DNA of 64,000 nucleotides, taken from the NCBI GenBank assembly GCA_964641245.1, contig CAZXML010000002.1, forward strand, positions 10,548-74,547, in the 5' to 3' direction. Positions 1-11,010 of the stretch are shown here, one piece after another. Under the pieces are notes generated by a model, which saw only the letters and a list, made by a program, of their open reading frames with translations, was not told the DNA's origin and made no database searches. A program made the position numbers and the translations under genes. The stretch comes from an uncultured Gammaproteobacteria bacterium (lineage in GTDB: Bacteria; Patescibacteriota; Patescibacteriia; Magasanikbacterales; GWA2-37-8). Each line of letters begins with the position of its first letter. Within the stretch, counting starts at the first letter, position 1.

Positions 1-2897
1 CAAGTATTTACTTCCGGAGCGCAGCCCTTGCTGGCGCCGGCGGTATTTTGGAGGCCGTTTGGCAAACCATAATAGAAACATTGACCATCGCGGTATTCTC
101 CATTTTGGAAACATGTTTCCGGCGCGATTAGTTCCGTGTTGTTTAACCGATAGGGCGTACAAGATCCGGAAACTGCGATTGTTTTGGATAATAATTTATA
201 ATAGATGGCTCCTTGGTCGTCATTAAATTGACGACAATCGGGGCTGGCCAAACCTGATTTATATAAAGACTCACTGCAAACAGAATCGTAAGTGGTTAAA
301 TCCGCAATGGTACTATAAAAATATTTAGGACTACCATCAGCATTTTTTTGCAATACAAACCCTTTTAATTGATACCCGCCCACGACCGAACCCTCGTAAG
401 TGTAAAAATTCTTTTGCTTAGCCGGGTCAGGTAAAATACAAGGACGCAAATAAGAATAATGTTCTACTTTTTCCAAACCGCCTACATCGGCACTTAAATT
501 AGTAAAGCTTGAACAACCCTCGTCTACAGCGTTACATTTTGAACCGGATGACGGAATAATATAAGCCAAGGCTTGACCGGCGGAATAATTGCTGGCCATT
601 TCGCGGTACGCGGAATAACCAACGCATCTTTTGTCACACTGATCATTCCAGACCACTTGGTTTTCCACAATCGTGGCCGGAGTAAACTTGCCCGGGATAC
701 TGTCTCCGGAATAACTGATGGGCGCGTACCAATTACAATTTACTTCGTCGGCAATACAAGACGCGGAGTAATTATTACACTTTGGATTGTCGGTAAGTTT
801 GTTTAAATCCGATGCGGTTTGTGGCCTGTCTATAGCCAAAGTGCCGGTGTTGGTGTCATAACAACCTAAATAATACGGCGCTTGGCGTAAATAAAGTTTG
901 TCGGATGTGCTGGCGGTTTGAAATGAAGAACAACCGTCGGAATTGGCCGAACAATTGGTGGAGATTTTATTATTGAAAAATATGGCGGAATTTTCACCAA
1001 GGATGCTTAGCTCGTTTTTAGAATAATCTGCCCAATTTCCGGAAGCATCTTGTTTTAAACTAAACTGCGCGCAACCAACGTTGTCTTGAGTGCAATAACC
1101 GGTGTCTAAAGTGCGATAGAGATAACTGACATTTTTGCCGGTGCTGTCTTGAAAAGATTGGCAGGTACGGTATTGCGCGTCGCATTTGGCCGCGTCTATT
1201 TTCCAGACATTCCGTTCGCGGGTGCAGTACCCTTGATTGGCGCAATTGCCGTCTTTGTCGTAGGCCACACAAGTGCTTAAGTCCGCGCATTCGGTGGCAC
1301 GGTTTGGCGTGCCGCTAAAATATGGTGTTGAGCCGAAAGCCACAAAATTACATTTGGATGGCGGGGCTTTTAGCACCCAGTTCTGGTCTATTAAATGACA
1401 AAAAGGTTTATTTACCGGGTCGTTGTCTACGCCCACCACATTACCGTTTAAATCTTTTATAAAATTACAATCATTAAAGCCGTCCACCACCTGTTTTAAA
1501 GTCCACGGCTGATCCGGATTGCTGTTTAAGGCCGCGATTTCAAAACCCAAAGGCAAAACTCTGGCTTTGCGTAATTTGGCAATGTTGGCGTAACAATATG
1601 CGCGCTGATAACAACCCATATCGGTTTGATCGGCGCTGCGTTCCGGAGAGATTAATTTCCATTCGCCGTGCAACCAGTTTTTGGCTAGAGCTTCTTTAAT
1701 GGTGACCGGTTTCCCGGAATTCGCTTCCTGCGCGGCCTGCGTTAAACTGCTGTCGGCCACGCAATTTTCCGGACCCGGAGAAGTGGCCGGACAATTAGAA
1801 AAATTAACCAAAACATTGTATTGATCTATTTGAATATTGGGCGGGGTTAATAAATCCGCAAACAAGGCTTCGGCCGCTTGCCTTCCGCCCCGGCTTACCT
1901 GTCCTTCTAAATTACTAAGCGTGTCTTGCAGTTTACTACGACACTCTTCGCCGCCGCTATCGCCAACACACACACCAAAAGGGAACATGCCTTTAGTCTG
2001 ATAATTTCTAAGCATTTGCGAGGCCAATGTGTTTATAAAAAGCGAAGCCGCGCCGGTAATACTGCCAACCGCTCCGGTGCCAAGAGTGGCCAGAAAGCCG
2101 GCCTCGGCGGATTTTCGTTGCGCGCTTGGATTTTGAGACTGCGCCTCTTCGGCGATATTTTTGGCCGGGGTGACAATGTCTCCGGAAATTGGCGTGGTTT
2201 TTGCTTTATAACCATTGCCTTCCTGTCTTTGTAGTTTGGCGGCATCGGTTTGGCGGGCTACCAGATTATCTATTTTTTCGGTGGCGCTCATGAGAATTCC
2301 CAAATCACTTTGCTCTACGGAAAAAGCCACGTTAAATTTACGCGCCACGTCTCCGGCGCTGCCATACTGGCTTTGCCAATTACTGGCGCTTAAAACATCG
2401 GTTTGAAAACTGGACCAGGTACAATTTGGCTGAAGAACACCTTGTTGCTGATTAAGATCCATGAACTTATAGGTGAGGCCGATACGCATGGCCAAATCTA
2501 TTTTTGGATCCGGAATTTTACATAAATTTAAACCATACGGCGCGCCCAAAGCGTCTATGGCCACACCGGCCACATGATCGCCCACGTCGGCGATGTAACC
2601 GTTAAAATCTTTATAATGCGCAAATGGAGTTTGCCCCTTGCCCCCGGAAGCCAGCCAAACAGCCGAATCGTAAGAAACCCGGCGCAAAAAATAAGAAAAA
2701 GACTGCACGGCGATACCGATGGCGGCGTTTTTTAAACCAGTTTGAATTTTGTCTATGATACGCGCCGTGTTCGCGCTCACATCTATTGTTGCCAGTTGCG
2801 CATGAGAAGGTTCGGCAGAAACCACAAAACCGCCTATTGTTATAAAAACAAAAACCGATAACATTATTCCTACACCAAATTTTTGAAATTTAGGCAT
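1..2897 (-). CDS. large secreted/surface cysteine-rich protein, 3'-truncated by window edge (>960 aa)
   Basis: Manual translation of minus strand from ATG (revcomp of 2895-2897) runs without stop to position 1; N-terminal hydrophobic signal/TM (MPKFQKFGVGIMLSVFVFITIGGFVVSA), many Cys, Asn/Gly/Ser-rich; not in ORF track because partial; no competing ORF >100 aa in 2.9 kb. Confidence 0.6.
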   Translation of the reverse strand, partial: MPKFQKFGVGIMLSVFVFITIGGFVVSAEPSHAQLATIDVSANTARIIDKIQTGLKNAAIGIAVQSFSYFLRRVSYDSAVWLASGGKGQTPFAHYKDFNGYIADVGDHVAGVAIDALGAPYGLNLCKIPDPKIDLAMRIGLTYKFMDLNQQQGVLQPNCTWSSFQTDVLSASNWQSQYGSAGDVARKFNVAFSVEQSDLGILMSATEKIDNLVARQTDAAKLQRQEGNGYKAKTTPISGDIVTPAKNIAEEAQSQNPSAQRKSAEAGFLATLGTGAVGSITGAASLFINTLASQMLRNYQTKGMFPFGVCVGDSGGEECRSKLQDTLSNLEGQVSRGGRQAAEALFADLLTPPNIQIDQYNVLVNFSNCPATSPGPENCVADSSLTQAAQEANSGKPVTIKEALAKNWLHGEWKLISPERSADQTDMGCYQRAYCYANIAKLRKARVLPLGFEIAALNSNPDQPWTLKQVVDGFNDCNFIKDLNGNVVGVDNDPVNKPFCHLIDQNWVLKAPPSKCNFVAFGSTPYFSGTPNRATECADLSTCVAYDKDGNCANQGYCTRERNVWKIDAAKCDAQYRTCQSFQDSTGKNVSYLYRTLDTGYCTQDNVGCAQFSLKQDASGNWADYSKNELSILGENSAIFFNNKISTNCSANSDGCSSFQTASTSDKLYLRQAPYYLGCYDTNTGTLAIDRPQTASDLNKLTDNPKCNNYSASCIADEVNCNWYAPISYSGDSIPGKFTPATIVENQVVWNDQCDKRCVGYSAYREMASNYSAGQALAYIIPSSGSKCNAVDEGCSSFTNLSADVGGLEKVEHYSYLRPCILPDPAKQKNFYTYEGSVVGGYQLKGFVLQKNADGSPKYFYSTIADLTTYDSVCSESLYKSGLASPDCRQFNDDQGAIYYKLLSKTIAVSGSCTPYRLNNTELIAPETCFQNGEYRDGQCFYYGLPNGLQNTAGASKGCAPEVNT

Positions 2898-2900
2898 ATT

Positions 2901-3569
2901 TTAAGGTTGGGTGGCGGTACTGGTGGAATTTAAAACCTCTTTTACCATCTTTATTAAATCGGCATCGGAAGTTGCGTCAATAATTTTTTTATCCAGACCG
3001 GAAGCCACCAACATTTTACGGATTTCGGCCGGATCATTTAAAAGCTTTTCTAAATCCTGCGCTGAAGGAGCGGGACCTAAAGTGGATGTGGCGGAGGGAA
3101 GAGGAACACTGTTAGGCAAAGCTTCTCCGTTGAAACCGGCTTCGGCGCAGTTCTGCCCTTCCGGACAGATTGGATTGGTGCCTTTATCTACTTCGGCTTT
3201 ATCGGGAATGCCATCGGAATCGGTATCGGCTAAATACGGGCTGGTGGCATAAACATAAAGCTCGTCAAAATCATTTAAGCCGTCTTTGTCAATATCGCGG
3301 TACATTAGGGCTTCATTGCTGTTGATGTCGTCTTTTACCAAATTTGGAATTTGTTTGTTAAGCGCAAATGGCGCGTACATGGTATTTCTGATTTGCAAAA
3401 TACCTAAGCCGATTGCAAAAACAGAAAAAACAGATAGTAAAATCACTCCTATCTTTTGTTCTTTTGATAGACTATTCCCGCCCTGTTCCTCTACCATAAA
3501 TACTATAGTTAGGGTTGAAGACATTATATCAATGATATGAGGAAAAAGCGACAAAGCTCGCTTTGGCAT
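2901..3569 (-). CDS. membrane protein with thrombospondin type-3-like Ca-binding repeats (DxDxDG)
   Basis: 222-aa ORF; TM helix (ILLSVFSVFAIGLGIL); motifs DKDGLNDFDE and DTDSDGIPDKAE; immediately upstream (3-nt gap) of the large secreted protein on same strand. Confidence 0.5.
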   Translation of the reverse strand: MPKRALSLFPHIIDIMSSTLTIVFMVEEQGGNSLSKEQKIGVILLSVFSVFAIGLGILQIRNTMYAPFALNKQIPNLVKDDINSNEALMYRDIDKDGLNDFDELYVYATSPYLADTDSDGIPDKAEVDKGTNPICPEGQNCAEAGFNGEALPNSVPLPSATSTLGPAPSAQDLEKLLNDPAEIRKMLVASGLDKKIIDATSDADLIKMVKEVLNSTSTATQP

Positions 3570-3611
3570 TTTTTCCGAGTGAGTTGATATACCTTAGTAT
3601 ACCACAATTTA

Positions 3612-4511
3612 TCAAAGTTTTCCCGCTAAAGATATCCACTGTTCTACTGAAAGCTCTTGCGCTCTGGCTTTTTCATTTATTCCTAGTTCGTGAAATATGA
3701 TCGGTAATTTTTTCTTGTCTGTTAAGGCTCCCAAATTCTTAATCAACATTTTACGACGACTAGCAAACCCGGCCTTAACTATTTTGAAGAAAAAAGTCTG
3801 GTCAACACATTTGTCATCCTGAGTGTTAACGAAGGATCTCTGTCCGTTTGGTGATTGAGACAGAGATTCTTCACTTCGTTCAGAATGACAAACGGACGTC
3901 TTCAATCGCAATTTTATAATCGCTGAATCCACGCCCGGCACCGGCCAAAAATATGATTTGGGGACGTGCATGACAATTTCCGGATCCGCGTAACATTGTA
4001 CGGAAATAGCCAGCACCGACATATCCCCCGGTTTGGCGCAAATTCTTTCGGCCACTTCTTTTTGCACCATCAACACCATTAACTCCGGTTTGTGTTCAGC
4101 TTCTAAAAATTTTCGGATAACATTTGAGGTTATTTGATACGGCAGGTTGGCGATGACTTTATAATTGGAAATTGGAAATTGGAAATTAGGAAATTTAAGT
4201 ACATTCCCCCACACAATTTCTAAATTTCTTAATTTCCTATTTTCTATAATTTCATTCCAATATAATTCCAATTTTTTTTCAATTTCAAAAGACAATACTT
4301 TATTTACTTTTTCCGCCAACGCCAAAGTTAAAACTCCAAATCCCGGCCCTACTTCCACAATCACATCGTCCGGTCTAATTTCCGCCGCCTCCAACATTTT
4401 TTCTATCGGCTCCTCGTTAATTAAAAAATTCTGACCGTACTTTCGGGAAGGAGTAAGGCCGAATTTTTGACACAGATGCTGTAAGTAATTAACGTTGTAT
4501 AAAGAAGTCAT
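3612..4511 (-). CDS. rsmA: 16S rRNA (adenine1518/1519-N6)-dimethyltransferase RsmA/KsgA, with in-frame palindromic-element insertion
   Basis: GQNFL, VVEVGPGFG, NLPYQITS motifs; 27-aa insert SVCHSERSEESLSQSPNGQRSFVNTQDD encoded by repeat 3812-3890. Confidence 0.9.
   Translation of the reverse strand: MTSLYNVNYLQHLCQKFGLTPSRKYGQNFLINEEPIEKMLEAAEIRPDDVIVEVGPGFGVLTLALAEKVNKVLSFEIEKKLELYWNEIIENRKLRNLEIVWGNVLKFPNFQFPISNYKVIANLPYQITSNVIRKFLEAEHKPELMVLMVQKEVAERICAKPGDMSVLAISVQCYADPEIVMHVPKSYFWPVPGVDSAIIKLRLKTSVCHSERSEESLSQSPNGQRSFVNTQDDKCVDQTFFFKIVKAGFASRRKMLIKNLGALTDKKKLPIIFHELGINEKARAQELSVEQWISLAGKL
3812..3890. repeat. family B palindromic element (tgtcatcctga...ggatctctgtcc...gacagagattcttc...cagaatgaca) inside rsmA
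   Basis: direct reading; other copies 6477-6561, 16170-16247, 19839-19912, 29771-29853, 33247-33339, 34696-34789, 47745-47834, 50317-50394. Confidence 0.85.
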
Positions 4512-4518
4512 AAAAAAA

Positions 4519-4636
4519 TATAATCGCCTCCTCCCCTCTTTTAGGGGGAGGGCAGGGTGGGGGTATTGGTTGTCTGGTGTCCAGTGTCCGCGATAACCCC
4601 TCTCTCTGTCTCTCCCCTAAAAGGGGAGAGAATGAC
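4519..4636. repeat. family E GC-rich palindromic element (cctcccctNNNNggggagg ... ctctcccctaaaaggggagag)
   Basis: copies at 11786-11897 (inside O-antigen-ligase-like ORF) and 22534-22632. Confidence 0.8.
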
Positions 4637-5722
4637 TGAAGCCAGCCCCGCACTAGTGTATCTATTCGACGCATTCCACATCAGCCAACCGGCATCAGTG
4701 TATTTTTCTGTTTCATCTATCTGCGCTCTGATTTTTTCAGCATCATAAACCGCTCCCAGGTTAAACGCCTGAATCCACGGGCGTACTTTGGCGCGTTTAC
4801 CTTCAAATTTTGGCATTCCCATTTGCATACCGTTGGCAAACACTTTGGCCGGAAATTGAGCCGGATTTTTTAATCCTAAATGGCCGGGCGGATAATGCGA
4901 CGGATACATCATGGGCGAAATATAATCCGTTTCATCCACCGCGTCGGCAATCCTCTGCCCGATGCGCATATCATCCTCGCCTTTTTTTTCCATAACAAAA
5001 CCAAACATATCCAGCGATAACCAAACCGGCTCGTCGCTTAATTTAATATTTAAAAAATGATAAAACTGTTTCATTACCAGATACTTTTTTTCATTGCCGG
5101 CGGCATAAACCGCCTGAGACATATTTCCATCCGAAGGAAAACGAACATAATCAAAATTGATTTCATCAAAACCAAAAGCGATCGCTTCTTTGGCGATAGC
5201 CACATTATATGCCCAAACTTCTTTTTTACTCGGATCAACCCAGGCCAAACCTTTGTGATCTCTCCACAAACCGCCCGATTTATTTTTTATCGCCCATTCC
5301 GGTTTTTTTTCGGCCAGCGCCGGATCCTGAAATACCGTTTGGCGCGCGATTACATAAATATTTTTAGCGTGCAGTTTTTTTATCAAAGCCGCCACATCTC
5401 CCAAACGATTTTCGTCTGTTTTTAAATCATTCACTAATTTTAATTTGCTGTCATACAAAATTTTTCCGCTGTAATCTTTGATGTCTATTACCACCGCGTT
5501 CAATTCGGTTCTGTCTATCAAATCTATGATGGTGTCTATTTTTTTGGCGCTGCCGGCCGAATAGGCCGTGAGGTATAAGCCTTTAACTTTTATGAGTGTT
5601 GATTTTTCTATTCCCGACTTGAGCGGAATAGAGGTGGGTTGGCCTGTTATATCAACGCTGGAAGCTTCTATAGTCTGAACAGTTTCTGTCCAAGCCCACC
5701 AAATTAAAAACGAACAAAGCAA
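4541..5722 (-). CDS. putative TIM-barrel glycoside hydrolase-like protein (DUF4015/GHL-type), TTG start uncertain
   Basis: 393-aa ORF; FDYVRFP and NVAIAKEAIAFGFDEINFDY motifs reminiscent of DUF4015/GH114-like; C-terminus reads into GC-rich palindromic repeat 4519-4636. Confidence 0.4.
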   Translation of the reverse strand: MLCSFLIWWAWTETVQTIEASSVDITGQPTSIPLKSGIEKSTLIKVKGLYLTAYSAGSAKKIDTIIDLIDRTELNAVVIDIKDYSGKILYDSKLKLVNDLKTDENRLGDVAALIKKLHAKNIYVIARQTVFQDPALAEKKPEWAIKNKSGGLWRDHKGLAWVDPSKKEVWAYNVAIAKEAIAFGFDEINFDYVRFPSDGNMSQAVYAAGNEKKYLVMKQFYHFLNIKLSDEPVWLSLDMFGFVMEKKGEDDMRIGQRIADAVDETDYISPMMYPSHYPPGHLGLKNPAQFPAKVFANGMQMGMPKFEGKRAKVRPWIQAFNLGAVYDAEKIRAQIDETEKYTDAGWLMWNASNRYTSAGLASVILSPFRGETERGVIADTGHQTTNTPTLPSP

Positions 5723-5799
5723 AAATAAACCGATTGTTATGATTAAATACAGGCGGTGGTGTTGTTGCCGCCAAAAATTAATCGGCGGAACGTTTGGAT

Positions 5800-6468
5800 T
5801 TAAATTATCTGAAGTTGTCCCTGGCGTAAAATTTTTAAATTATCAATCACGCTCACAATGGTGGTGGGCGGATTTTGGGGTAATATTCCCCCATCTATTA
5901 GTATATCAGGTTTTACATTAATTTTCTTGGAGTCATAGATATCGCCAGCATCGGCCAAGTTGGCTGAAGTAGCTACCACCGGTCTGTCTAATTTTTCCGA
6001 TAAAAATTTTGCTATTGGGTGATTGGTAACACGGACGGCAATTGTATTGTTTGCGGCGACTACGCCGGCTGCCAGGCTGTCATTGCGAGGAAGCCGATTC
6101 GCATCGGCTGACGTGGCAATCCCATTGTTTGCACTACCATCCAATGGGATTGCTTCGTCGCTTGTAGCTCCTCGCAATGACAAATACTCGCCAACTATTG
6201 TAAGCGCCCCAGGCCAATACTTACTTGCCAAATCTTCCAACAAATCGTTCCACAACAAATATTTTTTTGCCATTTCAATCGTGGGCACAACAACCAAAAG
6301 AGGCTTATCGCTTTTTCGCCCCTTAATTTCAAAAATTTTATTTACCGCGTTTTGATCGGTCGCATCACAACCCAAACCATAGGAAGTTTCGGTGGGAAAA
6401 ACGATAACCTTTCCTTCCTTCAGATATTCAACGGCAGTTGATAATTGTTTAGTGGTTATTATTTTCAT
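5800..6468 (-). CDS. tsaC: L-threonylcarbamoyladenylate synthase TsaC/YrdC, with in-frame palindromic-element insertion
   Basis: VFPTETSYGLGCDA, KGRKSDKPLLV, PGALT motifs; ~35-aa insert SLRGATSDEAIPLDGSANNGIATSADANRLPRNDS encoded by repeat 6078-6182; upstream ATG at 6549 lies inside repeat 6477-6561. Confidence 0.8.
   Translation of the reverse strand: MKIITTKQLSTAVEYLKEGKVIVFPTETSYGLGCDATDQNAVNKIFEIKGRKSDKPLLVVVPTIEMAKKYLLWNDLLEDLASKYWPGALTIVGEYLSLRGATSDEAIPLDGSANNGIATSADANRLPRNDSLAAGVVAANNTIAVRVTNHPIAKFLSEKLDRPVVATSANLADAGDIYDSKKINVKPDILIDGGILPQNPPTTIVSVIDNLKILRQGQLQII
6078..6182. repeat. family C palindromic element (tgtcattgcgagg...ggcaatcccattg...gggattgcttcg...ctcgcaatgaca) inside tsaC
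   Basis: other copies 10416-10503, 21735-21823, 45966-46054; partial 17871-17900. Confidence 0.85.
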
Positions 6469-6476
6469 ACTTTGAT

Positions 6477-6561
6477 TGTCATCCTGAATGCAATGAAGGA
6501 TCTCTGTCCGTATCGTTTTGGACAGCCAGACAGAGATTCTTCGCTTCACTCAGAATGACAG
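6477..6561. repeat. family B palindromic element
   Basis: see 3812-3890. Confidence 0.85.
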
Positions 6562-6581
6562 TTAGAGAAACCAAAATTTTT

Positions 6582-7694
6582 TTATTTCTTAATCCAACGC
6601 AAATACGCCTCACCGAGCGGCAACAAATTTCCTTCCAAAACACCTTCCGGATCCGTGGATTCGTATTCGGTGCGGTGATCTTTTACCAAATGATACGGAT
6701 GCAAAACATAAGAACGGATTTGATTGCCCCATTCCGCTGATTTATATTCCCCGCGCAATTCTTTTCTTTCCGCGGCTTTTTTTTCTTCTTCCAAACGGTG
6801 CAAGCGCGCTTTCAAAACTTTCATGGCCATGTCTTTATTTTGCTGTTGCGAGCGTTCGTTTTGGCATTGCACGGTAATGCCGGTGGGAATATGCACAATG
6901 CGCACGGCCGAATAAGTGGTGTTCACACTTTGCCCGCCGTGCCCGCCGGCCATAAAAGTGTCTATGCGGATATCTTTGGAATCAATTTCAATTTTTATTT
7001 CATCATTTATTTCCGGCAAAACTTCTATTAAAGCAAAAGAAGTATGACGCATTTTTTCCGCATCAAACGGCGAAATACGCACCAGGCGATGCACGCCGTG
7101 TTCGGATTTTAAATAACCAAAAGCAAAACGCCCTTTGACTTCAAACATAATGGATTTATAACCCGCTTCCGCCCCGCGCGATTCGTCTACCACTTTTGTT
7201 TTCCAACCCATTTTATCGCAATACCGCATTACCATCCGCAACAGCATTTCGGCCCAGTCTTGCGCTTCGGTACCACCACTGCCGGCGTGGATAGCAATGA
7301 TGGCATTATTTTTATCATACGGACCGTTTAACAAAACATACAATTCGTATTCGGAAAATTCTTTGGCAACTGTTTTGGTTTGCTGTTCTATTTCGCCGGA
7401 CAATGATTCATCCCCGGAACTTGCTTGCCCCGCCGTGGCGGTGGATAATTCAATTAAATCATTTGTTCTTTTTTCCAAATCCGCAAATTTTTCCACTTCT
7501 TTTTTTATATCCTGATAATCCTGGGAGGTAGCCTGCGCGTTTTCCTGATTACTCCAAAAATCCGGCGCGTTCATTTCTGCAGCCAGCTGTTCCGATTTTT
7601 TTTGCAATTCATCTATATTAAGAAGTTTTTTTGTTTCGGAAATTTTGGATTGCAGTTCTTTCAAATCTTCTAAAGACATACCCTTAATTGTCAT
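6582..7694 (-). CDS. prfB: peptide chain release factor 2
   Basis: 370-aa single ORF; SPF tripeptide (RISPFDA) and GGQ motif; no +1 frameshift site needed. Confidence 0.9.
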   Translation of the reverse strand: MTIKGMSLEDLKELQSKISETKKLLNIDELQKKSEQLAAEMNAPDFWSNQENAQATSQDYQDIKKEVEKFADLEKRTNDLIELSTATAGQASSGDESLSGEIEQQTKTVAKEFSEYELYVLLNGPYDKNNAIIAIHAGSGGTEAQDWAEMLLRMVMRYCDKMGWKTKVVDESRGAEAGYKSIMFEVKGRFAFGYLKSEHGVHRLVRISPFDAEKMRHTSFALIEVLPEINDEIKIEIDSKDIRIDTFMAGGHGGQSVNTTYSAVRIVHIPTGITVQCQNERSQQQNKDMAMKVLKARLHRLEEEKKAAERKELRGEYKSAEWGNQIRSYVLHPYHLVKDHRTEYESTDPEGVLEGNLLPLGEAYLRWIKK

Positions 7695-8023
7695 CCTGAA
7701 CTTGATTCAGGATCTGTCGCGATTGTTTCAGCATCTATCCACTCGCTGTACAGATCTTTTAGTTCTGGATTTAATTCTTTAATTAAATTTAGCTTCCAAT
7801 CTCTATGCCAATTCTTCAGCTGTTTCTCCCGTCTAATTGCATCATCAGGACGACTAAATGATTCATAATAAACTAATTTCTTTATTCTATACTTCTTGCT
7901 AAAACCACTATTAAGTTCATTTATATGCTCCCACATTCTTCGTTCCAGATTATTACTGACGCCAATATATAACGTCGTATTCGTATAGTTCGTAACTATA
8001 TAAACATAATAATTTTTTCTCAT
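7691..8023 (-). CDS. GIY-YIG nuclease family protein
   Basis: YVYIVTN...LYIGVSNNLERRMWEH, typical GIY-YIG/UPF0213; C-terminal codons read into repeat at 7691-7737. Confidence 0.75.
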   Translation of the reverse strand: MRKNYYVYIVTNYTNTTLYIGVSNNLERRMWEHINELNSGFSKKYRIKKLVYYESFSRPDDAIRREKQLKNWHRDWKLNLIKELNPELKDLYSEWIDAETIATDPESSSG

Positions 8024-8094
8024 AAGACACAGGCGCCGAATAGATCCTGAAACAAGTTCAGGATGACAGCCTCACCGAACAAACACATCCAAGA

Positions 8095-8586
8095 TCAAAA
8101 TATCCTCCCCGCGCCAAGGGTAATTAACAGAGTCAAAGTCCCGGAAATAATAACACCGATAAAAATAGACAGCCATGATTTCCAAAATGGCAGGGCAAAA
8201 ATAAACGCCGCGACTGCGCCGGTCCAGGCTCCGGTGCCCGGAAGCGGAATGCCCACAAAAATAGCCAGACCGATTAAGCCGTATTTTTGATAATCACCCG
8301 CGAATTTGTGCTGGGTGCGATCCAAAGTTTTAACCCATGTTGAAGCAAACCAGCCGGCGCGTTTATGTACCCAAGCGTGAAAATGTTTAGCAAAAGCCAA
8401 AATAATAGTGACCGGAATCATATTGCCCAGCACTGACCACAAAAACGCTTCCCAAATCGGGAGTTTATACGCCAACACCGCCACCGGCAAAGCCAGACGA
8501 ATTTCTCCAATCGGCGTGGCGCCCATTAGAAACGTTGCCAACTCCGGAGGAAATGATGAAAAAAATATGATAATTGATTGGGTCAT
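8095..8586 (-). CDS. small multidrug-export-like (COG2426) polytopic membrane protein
   Basis: 163-aa, 4-5 TM helices, GATPIGE(I/L)RLALP motif typical of Sm_multidrug_ex family. Confidence 0.5.
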   Translation of the reverse strand: MTQSIIIFFSSFPPELATFLMGATPIGEIRLALPVAVLAYKLPIWEAFLWSVLGNMIPVTIILAFAKHFHAWVHKRAGWFASTWVKTLDRTQHKFAGDYQKYGLIGLAIFVGIPLPGTGAWTGAVAAFIFALPFWKSWLSIFIGVIISGTLTLLITLGAGRIF

Positions 8587-8658
8587 ACGTGGTTAATTCT
8601 ACTCTTAATCTTTGTATTTTACAACAAAGGACGCCCTTTGTAAGGGGCGTCATTTTAT

Positions 8659-8726
8659 TGTCATCCTGAACTTGTTTCAGGATCTGTTTGTGTACCGTTA
8701 GATGCTGAAACAAGTTCAGCATGACA
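8659..8726. repeat. family A double-hairpin element (tgtcatcctgaacttgtttcaggatc ... gatgctgaaacaagttcagcatgaca)
   Basis: copies 7691-7737 (partial), 12690-12757, 14863-14941, 17799-17877, 26943-27079 (composite), 46687-46753, 56113-56243 (composite). Confidence 0.85.
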
Positions 8727-8735
8727 CTTTGAAGT

Positions 8736-10388
<1,653 letters not shown>

Positions 10389-10415
10389 TTAAGATTTTAG
10401 ATTTATGATTTCAAT

Positions 10416-10503
10416 TGTCATTGCGAGGAGCCGTAGCGACGCGGCAATCCCATTGTCGGCACAACCAGTACTGTGGGATTGCTTCACTTCGTTCGCAATG
10501 ACA
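10416..10503. repeat. family C palindromic element between groES and groEL
   Basis: see 6078-6182. Confidence 0.85.
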
Positions 10504-10511
10504 AGGTTGAA

Positions 10512-10796
10512 CTACTCCACCACCGCCAAAATATCCTCCTGTGAAACAATTTTATATTCTTCTTTATCCAATTCTATTTTTTCTCCTCCCCAGTTTTTTA
10601 AAACCACATGATCGCCTACTTTTACTTCCATAGTCGCGCGCTCGCCGGATTTTAACATTTTTCCCGGACCAACCGCCACCACATCACCCTCGGGCTTTTT
10701 TTCATCTTTACCCGGCAAAACCAAACCAAACGAAGTTACCTCATCGGCCTTTGTCTGTTTTACCAAAACGTTGTCTCCTAATGGTCTAATATGCAT
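10512..10796 (-). CDS. groS: co-chaperonin GroES
   Basis: MHIRPLGDNVLVK...; ATG at 10796 preferred over TTG at 10814. Confidence 0.93.
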   Translation of the reverse strand: MHIRPLGDNVLVKQTKADEVTSFGLVLPGKDEKKPEGDVVAVGPGKMLKSGERATMEVKVGDHVVLKNWGGEKIELDKEEYKIVSQEDILAVVE

Positions 10797-10890
10797 ACAA
10801 AATTTAATTAACAATTAACAACTAACAATGAACAAACTAACACGGAACAGCGGGCAATTGTTAATTGCTAATTGTTAGTTGCTAGTTATT
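10797..10890. repeat. family H TTAATTGTTAA-type palindrome in groES 5' leader
   Basis: aattaacaattaacaactaacaatgaacaaac...ttgttaattgctaattgttagtt; related copies at 54807-54856 and within pheT 52845-52880. Confidence 0.6.
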
Positions 10891-10899
10891 TATGAAGCC

Positions 10900-10929
10900 A
10901 TTTTACTATAAACACAGCTAAAATGTCAA
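10900..10929 (-). promoter_or_regulatory. candidate sigma70 promoter of groES-groEL (TTGACA-18-TAAAAT)
   Basis: minus-strand TTGACA (plus 10924-10929) and TAAAAT (plus 10900-10905) with 18-nt spacer; palindrome 10797-10890 lies between it and groES start. Confidence 0.45.
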
Positions 10930-11010
10930 GCGTTCAGAACAGATCAATTTACTATAAAAAAACCGCCAACACAGTTGTGCTGGCGGACATATATACCGTC
11001 CGGCTTCATC

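Noticed and set aside
1-2900. Absence of any long ORF in the first 2.9 kb suggested an alternative genetic code (UGA-recoding) or a pseudogene
   Set aside because: A continuous minus-strand frame from 2897 to the window edge exists under the standard code, simply truncated. All other genes are intact with the standard code, and an RF2 (UGA-reading) gene is present.
4165-4200. Short tandem ggaaatt repeats inside rsmA, taatttc x4 after tRNA-Glu (44681-44720), tttttga x4 inside leuS (20300-20330), gactttatgga x3 after trxA (23040-23075)
   Set aside because: Simple low-complexity microsatellite-like tracts consistent with AT-rich genome. No evidence of function.
6582-7694. Looked for the programmed +1 frameshift typical of prfB
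   Set aside because: RF2 is encoded as one uninterrupted 370-aa ORF, so there is no frameshift site. Noted but not unusual for many lineages.
10797-10930. Searched groES upstream region for HrcA CIRCE operator
   Set aside because: No TTAGCACTC-N9-GAGTGCTAA match. Only the AT-rich family H palindrome is present.
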